The notes beneath the pieces are model-generated. The model searched no databases. It was not told where the DNA came from and saw only the letters and a list, made by a program, of their open reading frames with translations. The position numbers and the translations under genes were made by a program. Shown here piece after piece: positions 11,961 to 23,980 of a stretch of DNA of 64,000 nucleotides. How positions within the stretch are numbered: position 1 is the stretch's first letter; each line of letters opens with the position of its first letter. Origin of the DNA: Sphyrna mokarran (Eukaryota); contig JAGIQG010000004.1 of the NCBI GenBank assembly GCA_024679065.1, forward strand, positions 32,550,001 to 32,614,000. The letters run 5' to 3'.

Positions 11961-14619
11961 GAGAGTTGTCATTTTGTTGCTTTCTGCACACATGCACGTT
12001 TTGGGCTGCCGGCTTTTGGGTGATTTAAACCCCTTCTCCAGTTCCTACACCTACTGGCGAGATATATCTGAAGGATTTTTTTATTGCGTAAAGTGCGGAT
12101 CTGAAACTCATTCTGGACTGAGGATGTTTTCATAAGATCACCCTCAAGATGTCAGGTATGTCCTCAGACCATTGCTCCCTTCCACCCATTCCCCAAACCC
12201 CTCCTACCTACAAAGAAAAATTGTTTTGTACTGATGCACCACTAGTCAGCATCAAAAAGGCAGACGCTGACCATAATTATAGTTCATTTGTCAAGAATGC
12301 TTGTAATACATTTATAAAACATTAAAAAGATTAAGTTAAGAAAATGAAATGAAGTATTTTCAAAGCAAAACTTCTGCTTTCAGCATTTGTTACTTATTTT
12401 GTTTTTGGAAATTTTGCAGTTTGCAACCTTTTCAAAGAGTGGCCTCCTTTTGTGGCAATAGCATTGCTTAGAACTTACACTGCACCATGGCTGTGGTACA
12501 TGAATACATATCTGCAAAAGCAATTGCAAAGCCACTGAATGTGCAATGCAAGATGTTACCATAAAATTACGTAAATACAAACATAGATATATTGTAATAT
12601 ATAATATATAAACATAGATATTTGTAAATACAAATATAGATATATGCACATAGATTTTAAATAAAAGTGAGAATGCTTTTCAGGCTAGAACCTTTTGGCT
12701 GTATGAAAGTATTAATGAGATCCTGCAGACAGTTTTTCCTAGCTGGTTTAAGTTCCCTGGAATTGAGGCTACTATACAAAAGTAATGAATTATCCGAGGT
12801 TGGCATATCATTCAAGCTCTGCAAAGTATCCTTACTAGAAAAAAAGCACCATAGTATCAATGTGCTAATTATAGTTCTGAAATATTTATGGGTTTTTCCT
12901 ATAACAGTACTTTTTAACATATTCCCTAAGAAAATTAGAAAATTGAAGTGCACTCTCCACTTGATTTTTCAGGTTTAAAGTAATTTGTTTTGCTTCTGAT
13001 GCCTTTTAGCATCCTTTATATGCAGCTGCTACTGAAGGCTTATCATGGCAATTTTTTTACAATTAGAATTCATTACAACATCCCTCAGAATTATTTCCCT
13101 AAGTGGACAATAAACAGGTCCCCCCCACAGTGGCTCCATTATTAACTGTGTTGTTTGGTGTGATGTGATGCTGATTAATAGAGAAAAGGCAGGCACCAGG
13201 TTCAATTGTTAGTCCCTGATCAGCCAGGTCAGCGGTAGCAGAGCTTGTATTAGTGTTTCTAGCTGGAAAGAGTAAAATAACTCAGAGTTCCAAATTGAAT
13301 TTTGGGTTTTACAATTCACAGAGGAATGTTCATTATTCTCTGATCTGTTTATAGTGTTTTGGTTTGGTTCAGAATTGCAATACACCTGGAAAGGTTTATA
13401 ATAAGCATTCCTGCAGTAACTAATCCATTTTTCTATAGTGAAATGATCATATCAGTATAAATGCTTTCTAATTTTGTACAGATGTAATTTATCCATAATC
13501 CAATGTATTGGATTTTCACTTCATCTTTAAAAAGATTCAGGCACTGGCAGGAATTATAATATTTTATAAAAATGCAACTGTTGAACTTTATGATATGGAC
13601 AGAAGAGATGTAAGGTAACTTCTTCCTTTTTCTGCTCTTGACTGACCACAACAAAATATACTTTTGAGCCATTGAGTGTTGTGACATTAAAGAACAGATA
13701 CAAAAAAGGCTATCTTGTAAGGTAAAATCAAGAGAAAGGAGAAACATCTATTTCTCATAACATTCCAAATAATAGTTGCAACAAGTACACTAGATAAACA
13801 CAGACACATACACGCACAAAATCATGCACACACACACACAAACAGAAGAAAGAAAGATTTGCAAAGATATAACAGCACTTAAATTACTTGAAGGGTAAAA
13901 GAATAAGTCACTTCTTTAAACAGTCCTTAAGATGGTGATTGAAACATTGCAGGCCCAAAGAATACTTTCTTTGTTCACTGGAGACAATAGAAGCTGGAAA
14001 TTTCTCGCTTTTCCAAGCAAAGTTTTGACTGAGGTCTTGTAGTTACTATTTATAATTTTCTGGGTAAAACGATTAGCACCATGCCACTGCCTGAGATAAC
14101 TTTGTTTACAAGGGTCCTGGCAAGAGATAGCTTCCCTCTGGTCTTTGTATCCCAGACTGACACAGTGGGCTGCCCTTGTGGATTAATAAGGTATTTTCAA
14201 TCACAAGTTAAGCAGCAACAGTAATGTTGTTTTCCATTGTCCGTACAATGTATTGATAGCTAAGCAATTTTCCACACAATGGAGGATGTTTGATACAATC
14301 TGACCCACTTGTGATAAATTGGCTTCTTCATTCCCTCTTTGTTAGATTACACTTCTGCAGACATCAAGTGGTGGGTGTCCATTATGTTTGAGTTTCTATC
14401 AACATTCAGACAGCATTACCTATAAGTTCCACAAATATCTTGTTGCAGCCTGATTCTGTTCAATGGAAGGTCCTCCACAAGAATGTTTACATTTTAATTA
14501 TAAAATAGAGGCCTGTTCAGATACGAGTTATGATGTAGAGATGCCGGCGTTGGACTGGGGTAAACTCAGTAAAGTTCTACAACACCAATTTTAAATCCAA
14601 CCAATTTATTTGATAGTAA

Positions 14620-14660
14620 ATCTGCGAGCTTTCGACACTATGTGCCTTCGTCAGGCAAAT
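14620..14660 (-). ncRNA. Minimal type-I hammerhead ribozyme in the Penelope terminal repeat
   Basis: Minus strand ATTTGC-CTGACGA-A-GGCAC-ATA-GTGTC-GAAA-GCTC-GCAGAT: full core, 6-bp stem I, 5-bp stem II, palindromic AGCT helix III, CUC cleavage triplet. Confidence 0.8.
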
Positions 14661-14874
14661 GCAGTGTTCTGATCTGCAGAGGCACTCATATCCACACAGA
14701 CAGTTACAGATTGCTGATTAGAATGCGAATCCTTACATCTAACCTGCTATTCAAGTGTTAAAGTGGCTAACAATGTGTGTGAAGGGAATCCTGAGCATTG
14801 GTTAGAGAATTGTGTATTTTCTCCAGACAGCACAGTAAGTGAGGTTTTTTGCTAATCCAGGCAAGTTACGGGGG

Positions 14875-16020
14875 TTACAAATAGTGTGACATGAAGCCAA
14901 GATCCCTGTAAAGACTGTCCTCATGTGTGTGGAACTTGGCTATCAGTCTCTGCTCAGCAACTCTGCGCTGTCGTGTGTCACGAAGGCTCCCTTGAAGAAC
15001 ATTTACCCACAGGTTGGAGACCGAATGCCCATGACTGCTGAAGTGTTCGCCCACAGGAAGGGAACTGTTTTGCCTGGTGATTGTTGAGCGATGCTCATTC
15101 ATCCGCTGTTGTAGTGTCTGCATGGTCTCCCCAATGTACCATGCTTCGGGACATCCTTTCTTGCAACGTATTAGGTAGACAACGTTGGCCGAGTTGCAAG
15201 AGTATGTACCGTGCACCTGGTGAATGGTATCCTCACGTTTGATGATGTCGTCCATGTCTATGATCCGGCATGTCTTGCAGAGGTTGCTGTGGCAGGGTTG
15301 TGTGGTATTGTGGTCACTGTTCTCCTGAAGGTTGGGTAGTTTGCTGCGAACAATGATCTGTTTGAGGTTGTGCGGTTGTCTGAAAGCAAGAAGTGGGGGG
15401 GTGGGGATGGCCCTAGCGAGATGTTCATCGTCATCAATGACATGTTGAAGACTCCGGAGAAGATGTCGTAGCTTCTCCGCTCCGGGGAAGTACTGGACAA
15501 CAAAGGGTACTCTGTCCACCTTGTCCCGTGTTCGTCTTCTGAGGAGGTCAGTGCGGTTTATCGCTGTGGCACGTTGGAACTGTCGATTGATGAGTCGAGC
15601 GCCATATCCTGTTCTCACGAGGGCATCCTTCAGCGTCTGGAGGTGTCTGTCACGATCCTCCTCATCTGAGCAAATTCTGTGTATACGGAGGGCTTGTCCA
15701 TAGGGAATGGCTTCTTTAACGTGTCTAGGGTGGAAGCTGGAGAAGTGGAGCATTGTGAGGTTGTCTGTCGGTTTGCGGTACAGTGAGGTGCTGAGGTGAC
15801 CGTCCTTGATGGAGATGCGTGTGTCCAAGAATGCAACTGATTCTGGAGAATAGTCCATGGTGAGTCTGATGGTGGGATGGAACTTGTTGATATCATCATA
15901 CAGTTGTTTCAATGATTGTTCACCATGAGTCCAAAGGAAAAAGATGTCATCAATGTATCTAGTATATAACCTTGGTTGAAGATCTCGTGTAGTGAAGAAG
16001 TCTTGTTCGAACCTGTGCAT
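14875..16020 (-). CDS. Penelope ORF fragment: RT C-terminal half, Cys-rich linker, GIY-YIG endonuclease (N-terminally truncated)
   Basis: RYIDDIF, FLD, LYRKPTD, C..C.C linker (CHSNLCKTC), NVVYLIRC...WYIGET...RMNEH...AEQRLI; 381 codons with no stop. Confidence 0.9.
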   Translation of the reverse strand: MHRFEQDFFTTRDLQPRLYTRYIDDIFFLWTHGEQSLKQLYDDINKFHPTIRLTMDYSPESVAFLDTRISIKDGHLSTSLYRKPTDNLTMLHFSSFHPRHVKEAIPYGQALRIHRICSDEEDRDRHLQTLKDALVRTGYGARLINRQFQRATAINRTDLLRRRTRDKVDRVPFVVQYFPGAEKLRHLLRSLQHVIDDDEHLARAIPTPPLLAFRQPHNLKQIIVRSKLPNLQENSDHNTTQPCHSNLCKTCRIIDMDDIIKREDTIHQVHGTYSCNSANVVYLIRCKKGCPEAWYIGETMQTLQQRMNEHRSTITRQNSSLPVGEHFSSHGHSVSNLWVNVLQGSLRDTRQRRVAEQRLIAKFHTHEDSLYRDLGFMSHYL

Positions 16021-16539
16021 GAAGATACGAGTTAACCATTGTCTGCATGAAAACTACAAAGAAAATCACCTGATTCCTCTGGAACCCTTTTTGTTAAGGT
16101 AAATTGTCCATTAAATGTTATCTTTTTCAAAACAAAGGTAAAGTTTTCATCTTCCAAACACATTTTACGAGTATAGGCGTGACTACAATGTCAAGAATCA
16201 AGAATCAAAGGAGATTATAACAAGAAAAAGGGATCATTATTGTTAATATCCCTCTTTAATAGATCTTTATTCACCCATTTTCTCATAACATCTCTGAATC
16301 ATTTCCCTCTCTAGAAATCAGCAATTGACCTCTGAGCCTTTTTATTTTGCATTAGATTTTAGCTCCCCTGATAACTTGTATCCTAGTTTATTACCATTTG
16401 CATGTAATAACTATCTTTTATCTTCTTTCTTAAAATTCTATTTTTTGTACATATTTGAACCCTTTGATATACTGACAATTTGCCAAGATCAGTTTTGTCA
16501 ATCCCTTTGTAATCTTAAAAACATTAAATTGATTAAACT

Positions 16540-16850
16540 TGGGTGACATAGTGACACAGTGTTTAACAGTACCACCTCATAGCAACAGGGATCCAGGTTC
16601 AATTCCAGCTCTGAGTCACTGAGTGTGTGGAGTCTGCACATTGTCCCCATTTCTGCATGGGTTTCCTCCACGTGCTCCAGTTTCCTCCCATAAGTTGATG
16701 GGCCATGCTAAAATGATACTAGTGTCAGGAGATAAGTAGAATAAATATGTGGGGTTACAGGAATAAGGCCTAGTTGGGATTGTGATCAGTGCAGACTCAA
16801 TGGGCTGAATGGCTGTCTTCTGCACTATAGGGATTCTGTGATTCTATGAT
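16540..16850 (+). mobile_element. V-SINE type A
   Basis: tRNA-like head, V-domain, tail GGGATTCTGTGATTCTATGA. Confidence 0.85.
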
Positions 16851-17324
16851 CGTCTTAAACATTTTTTGGTAAAGTATACAAACCCAACACACATAACAGT
16901 ATCTTACAAAAATAGCAGAATGTCTTTTTATTGGCTCCAGGAGGTGGATGGGGAGGGGCTGGGGGGAGTATCTCTGGCAAGTGTAGAATTTATTACCCTT
17001 ATACCTAATTGCTGTCACATTTAAAAAACACTATTAATATAGTGAAATGTCCAAGTCAGCAATATCAAACACAAACATTACTTTAATCCACTTTACTGTA
17101 TTGCTTAAATTCCTGATACCCAACATCATATTCCCAATAGAAAAGAAGAAAGGTTTTGAGTTGAACTTTATTAATGATCGTTTTCAATTAATTCTTACCT
17201 ATTTTAAATGTTCTAACTATGTTCTTTCAGCAAAAAAAAGTTTTTTTATTCTCCAAAGGTTGAAAGCAGTACAAGTCAATCAGCAGCTAGTGACAATTTT
17301 GATAACAAGTAGTTAGGTTGATGT

Positions 17325-18058
17325 TTGGTTTGATTTATTTTTGTCACATACAGTGAGAAGTATTGTTTCTTGCACGTTATACAGACAAAAGGTACCATTC
17401 ATAGAGAAGCAAAGGAAAGGGCACAGAAAGTAATGTTACAGTCAAAGTCATGGTGCAGAAAAAGATCAATGGAGATAGGTCCGTTCAAAACTTTGATGGA
17501 AGCAGTGAAGAAGCTGTTCTTGAGTCAGTTGATACGTGACCTCAGACTTTTGCATCTTTTTCCAACAGAAGAAGGTGGAAGAGAGAATGTCTGGGATGTA
17601 TGGGGTCCTTGATTATGCTGATTGCTTTTCCAAGGCAGCAGGAAGCGAAGACAGTCAATGAATGGGAGATTGGTTTGTGTGATGGACTGAGCTTCATGCA
17701 TGGTCCTTGTAGTTTCTTGTTGTCTTGGATAGAGCAGGAGCCATTTAAAGCTGTAATACAAGCAGAGAGAACACTTTCTATGGTGCATCTATAAAAGTTG
17801 TGAGAATTGTAACGGACATGCCAAATTTCCTTAGCCTCATGAGAAAATAGAGTATTTGTGGGCTTTCCTAACTATAGCGCCAGTGTGGAGGGGCCAGGAC
17901 ATGTTGTTGGTGATCAGGACACCTAAAAACTTGAAGCTCTCAACCATTCTCACTTCATCCCCATTGATGTAAACAGGGATATGTCCTCCACTATGCTTCC
18001 TAAAATCAATGACTATCTCCTTCGTTTTGCTGACATTGAGAGAGAGATTATTGTCATG
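17325..18058 (-). mobile_element. Rex1/Babar-clade LINE 3' fragment
   Basis: Minus strand PVYINGDEVRMVESFKFLGVLIT...W...NFYRCTIESVLSACITA; 3' end TGTGACAAAAATAAATCAAACCAAA. Confidence 0.8.
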
Positions 18059-19358
18059 ATATTTTCATTAGTTTTTTGCAGAAAATCCAAACTTTTGTAC
18101 ATCTATCTCTAAAATAATTTGATAAAGATACTGACATTTCAATATGTTCCATTAAACAATTATTCCTTTGCATATCTCCCTCACCCAAGCTATCCATAGT
18201 TTTGTGCAATCACTGGCATAGCTAGACCAGAAAACCTCTTGAGAAGAGATGAACAACTGGGGAATTATTAAACAACATTAAGAAGTTCACTGTGTTACGA
18301 ATCCTCTGTTTTCTAACGATGGGCACCTCGGTTTCCAGGAATGAACATTAGGCAGGTTTTCAGCTTGCATTGGGGGAATAAAAGTGCAGGGCAGCCACCT
18401 GATAAAGGAACGGCTGTTTCATTTCCATTTAAATCAAGGAAAAAGATCAGGTAGTTTCTAACATGGGTGATTGCAATGCCAGTCTTCAACACCAAAAGCA
18501 AGGTAAAATCTATCCATTAAATTCAAAGCATAATGACATGATTTAAAACACAAAAATTAAACTAGCAACAGTGCTTAAACAGGCTGTTCCATCAATGGCA
18601 TAATAGTGCAAGACTGCTCCGGTCTTTGCCTTCATGAACAATTTTAATTTATCATTAGATTTTAGTATCTACTAAATACTCATTCTGATTAAAATTGATT
18701 ATAGAGTAAAATACTGTCGATAAGGTTATTTATGGGAGACAAATGCAAGCCAAGTTGAAGCAAAATTGTTACATGTGATATGGGGGGGATGTTTAAGCAA
18801 ACGTTGAATATATCAGATATCATAGTTTATACGAGAACGTTAGAATGAGGCAATAATCCCTACATTATTTTACAATATTACTTTATGGAAAGTAAAATCC
18901 TTAAAGTGACCTTTTTGGATTGGAACCATGCAAAGCATGCAAGAGAATCAAAGTCAGGAGCAAGTGAATCAATTCATTTGTGGATGATTCAAATACATTT
19001 CTTCCTGTATGAGGTGAACAAAAATGCCATTATTAATTTAGGTAATTAGTTCACTTTGAAACTAATATCCAACACAGTCAAGAACCTGTCCCCTGTGTCC
19101 TAAGATCTGTCTTGAAATCTGAAATCCTAGAACACTGTGATGAAAGGTCACTTCTAGATGTGCTCCATATTGGTTGTTATATAATGCTCTTGATTTCAAT
19201 TATCAACACCTTTTATGCAAAAAAAGCCCAATGAATCAGAAATGAAATTAAGAATTAATTCTTCCTTTATTAACTTCTGCTAGTGATTATTTTTCATACA
19301 GCTGATATAAATTATGTCTGTAATCTATGCACCAGACAGGTCTGATAAATGAGCATAT

Positions 19359-21438
19359 TGGCCTGAATTTTCGCTCAGAGTTGGGACATTTCCCAACTTC
19401 ACAAGCCTGACTTAGGAGATCGTACCCTGGAAATTGGGGTTTATGTCCTAGAGTGGTAGGATTCTCTAGGGGTTGAGCTGGGAAACTGGAGGACAAGTGT
19501 GGAGGCTGATGTTTGGGTGGAAGTGGACAGGATAGTAGGCCTGCTACACCATCTGGCAGATTTTTTTTAGAAAGCTTTAAAACACAAAACGTCTCTCATC
19601 CCTCACACATACTCCATTCATTTCCCATGCCTTTAACCCATGCTATCTCACTTAGACCCATTGCACATTGACCCTCATACCCAGCATGCCAAACTATGAT
19701 CCTTCATCTTAATGGTTTTTATAGCCCTTGTGCCAACTTAGTGCTGGTCCTTGCCCCCTCACCCACCCACTTTGCACATACATCTACCACGCTAACTGAC
19801 TCAGTATCCACCATAGGCAGGCATCAGGAGCCATGCTGGTATTGAATAAAGTTCTAAACATCTATTGCAGACCTAATTAAAAGAATCTCTCATTCAGGAT
19901 AAACTCATTCTCTAAAATTACATTCCTTCAACTAAATAATTCCCTGTAACAACAATTATTCCACCCTAGTGTTTAATCCATTATTTTTAAAAAATTGGAA
20001 TTCATAATCCTACTTCAAATAACTTGGAACTGTCAATAAGACGGTGAAATGGAAAGCATCCCACCGCGACAATAGAAGGTTGTAAAATCAGCCATGCAGC
20101 ACATTTTCAGTAATAACAACTCTCATGCTTGTGTCAACAGAGTGAAATAGTACATACATTTTTCAAAAGGTTTAAAGGGCAGAGCAAAATGTAATGTTTG
20201 CTTCACAATTGCTTTTGACACTTAACAGTTTTGATAGTTCATCTTTACACAGCTACTGTTCCTCTTAACATTTTTAATAGATTTGATAGTTTCTAGTGAC
20301 ATTTTTATCAGTTAGAATCATAGAATCCCACAGCACAGAAAGACGCCATTCGGCCCATCGAGTCTGCACCAACAACAATTCCACCCACGTCCTATCCCCA
20401 TATCTCTACATATTTACCCATTAATCCCTCTAACCTATGCATCTCAGGATATCAAGGGGCAATTTAGAATGGCCAATCAACTTAGCCCACATATCTATTG
20501 ACTGTGGGAGGAAACTGAAGCACCCAGAGGAAACCCACGCAGACACAGGGAGAATGTGCAAACTCCATACAGACAGTGACCCGAGCTAGGATTCAAACCT
20601 AGGCCTCTGGAGCTGTGAAGCAGCAATGCTAACTACTGTGCTACTATGCCATACAGTTTTCACAGTTCATCCTGACAGCTTTCGTGATTGTTCCAATGGG
20701 TTTATGATATTTTTACACACATTCAGGTCCACTTTTAACAATCCGGAAAGGTAGCTTACCTCTTCCAAAGGTATTCCAAAAACATACCCAGTGTGTTGGC
20801 CTCGCTAAAAAGGTACCCAACTTCCCCAAATAATTCTGCAAAGTTTAAACCTGCTCCTACCAGATCAAATGTGCACACATCGACCTGAATTTTACTCCAT
20901 CCCAGGCAGGATTTGAGATGGTGGGGAGATGGTGGGTTCATGAAATTGCATGGATGGGATTCCTTCTGGGATCCCATCTGCCCCCACTCAGATGTGATTT
21001 TACAATGGGTTGAGCAGGGCCTTTGCCTTTATTAAGGCCCTTAAATGGTCACTTAAGACTTTTTTCTGCTCAGCCTCAATTTTCAGGCTGATGGGCACCA
21101 GATACCTATGGGTGGGAAATAAAAGAAATAACATTTCCAATCTCATTCTGGAAGGTGGGGTGGCACTTCCATCAGAAAATCCTCCTGACAAGGGCACTAA
21201 TGCCTCACAGACTGGATACCTATGCTGTTTTAAATCAGCACTGCTTTCATAAAATGTGTATGTACATATCCTGGCCTGGACCCATTCCCCCCAACCAAAG
21301 ATGGTATATGCTGTGCTTAGATGTGGCACTTCCGTATTTTGGCCTCTTCCACTATTTTTGCAGTGTCAGAGAGTGGATTATCATTGATATTTGCTTACAA
21401 AGTCACAGAGTTCATTTCCGCTGTGAAAATTCAGGCCA
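19359..21438. mobile_element. Non-autonomous TIR DNA element (Harbinger-like), possibly composite
   Basis: Perfect 14-bp TIR TGGCCTGAATTTTC (19359) / GAAAATTCAGGCCA (21425-21438); a second TIR-like GACCTGAATTTT at 20882. Confidence 0.65.
20314..20652 (-). mobile_element. V-SINE type A, full length
   Basis: AGAATCATAGAATCCC tail through V-domain to GCTAACTACTGTGCTAC head. Confidence 0.9.
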
Positions 21439-22089
21439 TGCACCTAAAAAAACTATATATCTACATTTAACTATTGACAATACACTGTAAGTATGTCTAC
21501 ATGGCCTTACTATGTATCACACACTGATGTTGTATAGAAATATAGGACTGGGTTGAATTACTTCAGGTATCCAGTCCTGTCAAGTTTCTTCAGTATTTTA
21601 TATGTTTCAATATGATCATCGCTTATTCTTCTCAATTCAAGCTCTGCAAAATGTCCTTTATTGATGTAGATAAGTTACAGCTGTGGGTTTCAACATCTCT
21701 GGAAAACTGAGGTAATGAAGGCTAACAAAAGCCAGGACAAAAGATAACTGAAAGTGAACAATGCATTGACTTTTAGCTGAGGGCTTAGTAACCCGATCTT
21801 TCAGATATAACATTAGGGACGCTGGAGTGGAATGTGAAAGATTAGCCATTCTGCTTGTATGCTGAGCAAGTGTAATGTAACTTTTCCCAAAATTTTCATA
21901 TTTTTGCATCCACTATCTGTCAGTATTATTCCTGTAATATATGTCATTCTTATTTCTTTTTTACTGGTAGATTCTCCGGACTAGCCATTTCAGATTTTTT
22001 GGCAGCATACATCTTAGTAGTTTCCAAGCAGTTACTTCTCTTTTGAACCGAAACTCCTCTTCAACTTTGATGTGATTTCACTCAGTGAC

Positions 22090-22250
22090 TATCGCTGTGC
22101 TGTGCAGATACATGGATTTGGGCATGTGTCTGTGGGAGTTTGCGCATACTCCCTGTGCTTGCATGGGGTTTCTTCGGGTGCTCCGGTTTCCTCCCACATC
22201 CCAAAGATGTGCTCTTAGGCTAATTGGCAAAACAAATTCTCCCTAAATTG
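22090..22250 (+). mobile_element. V-SINE fragment
   Basis: V-domain GGGTGCTCCGGTTTCCTCCCACATCCCAAAGATGTG. Confidence 0.7.
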
Positions 22251-22264
22251 TCTCAAATTTGGTT

Positions 22265-22392
22265 TTTAATCCATAGATCTATAAACGTGGACAGGGATCA
22301 CGGATAGAGGTGGGAACATCAGGGTGGCAGCGTGGGCTCGTTGGGCCGAAGGGCCTGTTTCCCATGCTGTTTTGTTCTTTGTTCTTTGTTCT
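22265..22392 (+). mobile_element. CR1-type 3' tail with (TTGTTCT)n terminus
   Basis: GGGCCGAAGGGCCTGTTT..ATGCTGT followed by TTGTTCT repeats. Confidence 0.7.
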
Positions 22393-22927
22393 GAAACTAT
22401 CAAGATGGTGAAGTATGATGAAAAACGTAGCAATGGAAAACTGTTCCTCAAGATTCTTATTAAATACACAGATAGTGCATGCTAAATGCAAGATTTTAAC
22501 ACAGTTCTAGTTAATATCCCATGGTGTTTCTCATGAAATGTCAGAGGCATCAAAGCAAACGGATCTTATGTGGCTTTGCTTACGTGCACCGCACCTTAAG
22601 CATTTTATAATGGCTTCTCACTGAAGATTGTATTATGTTTTAAGATATTCCATCTATTATAGTCTTGCTCACAGAGAAATGTGAACAAATAAATTTGGTT
22701 CTTTTACTATAACATGATATGGATGATTAGAAATGAATTTGCGTAACATTGCTCATTGTAAGTTGGAGGATGTGGTTTGTAAGGAAACAAGAATTGTTTG
22801 CTGTACTGCAGATGTGTTGTTATAACATGTTTGAGATGGCATGAGGAGTAGTTGGAATGTTAGTTTATGGATAGTCTAGAGTAAGTAATAGATTATACAG
22901 AAATTTAAATAAAATTAATTAGTTGAA

Positions 22928-23135
22928 GGAACAGTGGCACCATAGTTAGCACTGCTGCCTCACAAAGCCAGAGACCCAAGTTTGATTCTCAGCTTGGATC
23001 ACTGTCTATGTGGAATTTGCACGTTCTCCTTAGGTCTGCATGGTTTCCTCCAGGTAGTCCGGTTTCCTCCCATGATCCAAAGATATGCATATAGGTGGAT
23101 TGGCCGTGCTAAATTGTCTCTTAGTATCAGAGGAG
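22928..23135 (+). mobile_element. V-SINE, tail-truncated
   Basis: GTTAGCACTGCTGCCTCAC head plus V-domain. Confidence 0.8.
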
Positions 23136-23627
23136 GTAATGACATACAAGATATAGTGACATAAAAGCCGGCAAAAAAAAATCTTTTTTTAGCTTTTCAG
23201 TTATATATCATAATCCAGGCAAGGGAAAAGACTCCAGGAAGAGCTACAAAATTGCAAGTACAATTACCACAGAGAGTGGTAAGCCTGAGAAATTCACTAC
23301 CACAGAAAGCAGTTGAAACCAAAACATTATTTGTTTTCAAGAGTTAGATTTAGCTCCTGGTGTAAAGAAATCAGTGAAGGGGGAACACAGGAACAGGCTA
23401 TTGAGTTGGACGATTGGCCGTGATCATAATGAATGATGGAGCAGGTTTGAAGAGCAGGTTCATTCCTGCTCCTGTTTTTCTCTCTTTCCACATTTCTAAA
23501 AACTGGCCCAAGATTACACTGCAGTAGGGCCTCACTCACCCAATCTTCCAACTCAATGTTGAGGTAAAGATGGGAGGCCTGCTCTCCAGCAGTGCATGGG
23601 AAAGACCTCTGTTGCCTCCATTAAATA

Positions 23628-23980
23628 TTCATAGAATCAATGGAAACCTTACAATACAGAAAGAGGCCATTTGGCCCATTGAGTTTGCATAGAACATAAT
23701 CCCAACCAGGCCCTACCCCCATATCCCTATATATTTTACTCACTAATCCTTCTAGTCTATGCATCTCAGGACACTAAGGGACAATTTTAGCATGGCCAGT
23801 CAACCTAACCCACACATCTTTGGATTGAGAAAGGAAACCGGAACATCCAGAGGAAACCCAAGCAGACACAAGGAGAATTGCAAACTCCACACAGATAATG
23901 AGCCAAGCCGGGAATTGAATCTAGGTCCCTGGAGCTGTAAAGCAGCAGTACTAACCACTGTGCTAGCATGCCACTGTGCC
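23628..23980 (-). mobile_element. V-SINE type A
   Basis: Reverse-complement tail, V-domain and tRNA-like head. Confidence 0.85.

Larger units (their letters stand above)
9408..12143 (-). mobile_element. Decayed PIF/Harbinger-derived element carrying a Myb/SANT gene remnant; CR1 nested inside
   Basis: TIRs GGGCGATCTTA (9408) and TAAGATCACCC (12133-12143), 10/11 match; Myb remnant inside. Confidence 0.65.
14531..16022 (-). mobile_element. Penelope-like retroelement, 5'-truncated, young
   Basis: Open RT + GIY-YIG ORF, 3' terminal repeat ending ...GTCCAACGCCGGCATCTCTACATCA, 12-bp TSD AGATACGAGTTA at 14519-14530 and 16023-16034. Confidence 0.95.

Noticed and set aside
13470-16520. LTR-like or other repeat hosting the Penelope insertion
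   Set aside because: Composition is suggestive, but I could not define termini, TSD or coding motifs
21970-22050. FSGLAISDFLAAYILVV, resembling a GPCR TM2 motif
   Set aside because: A stop follows at once and no other GPCR motifs flank it
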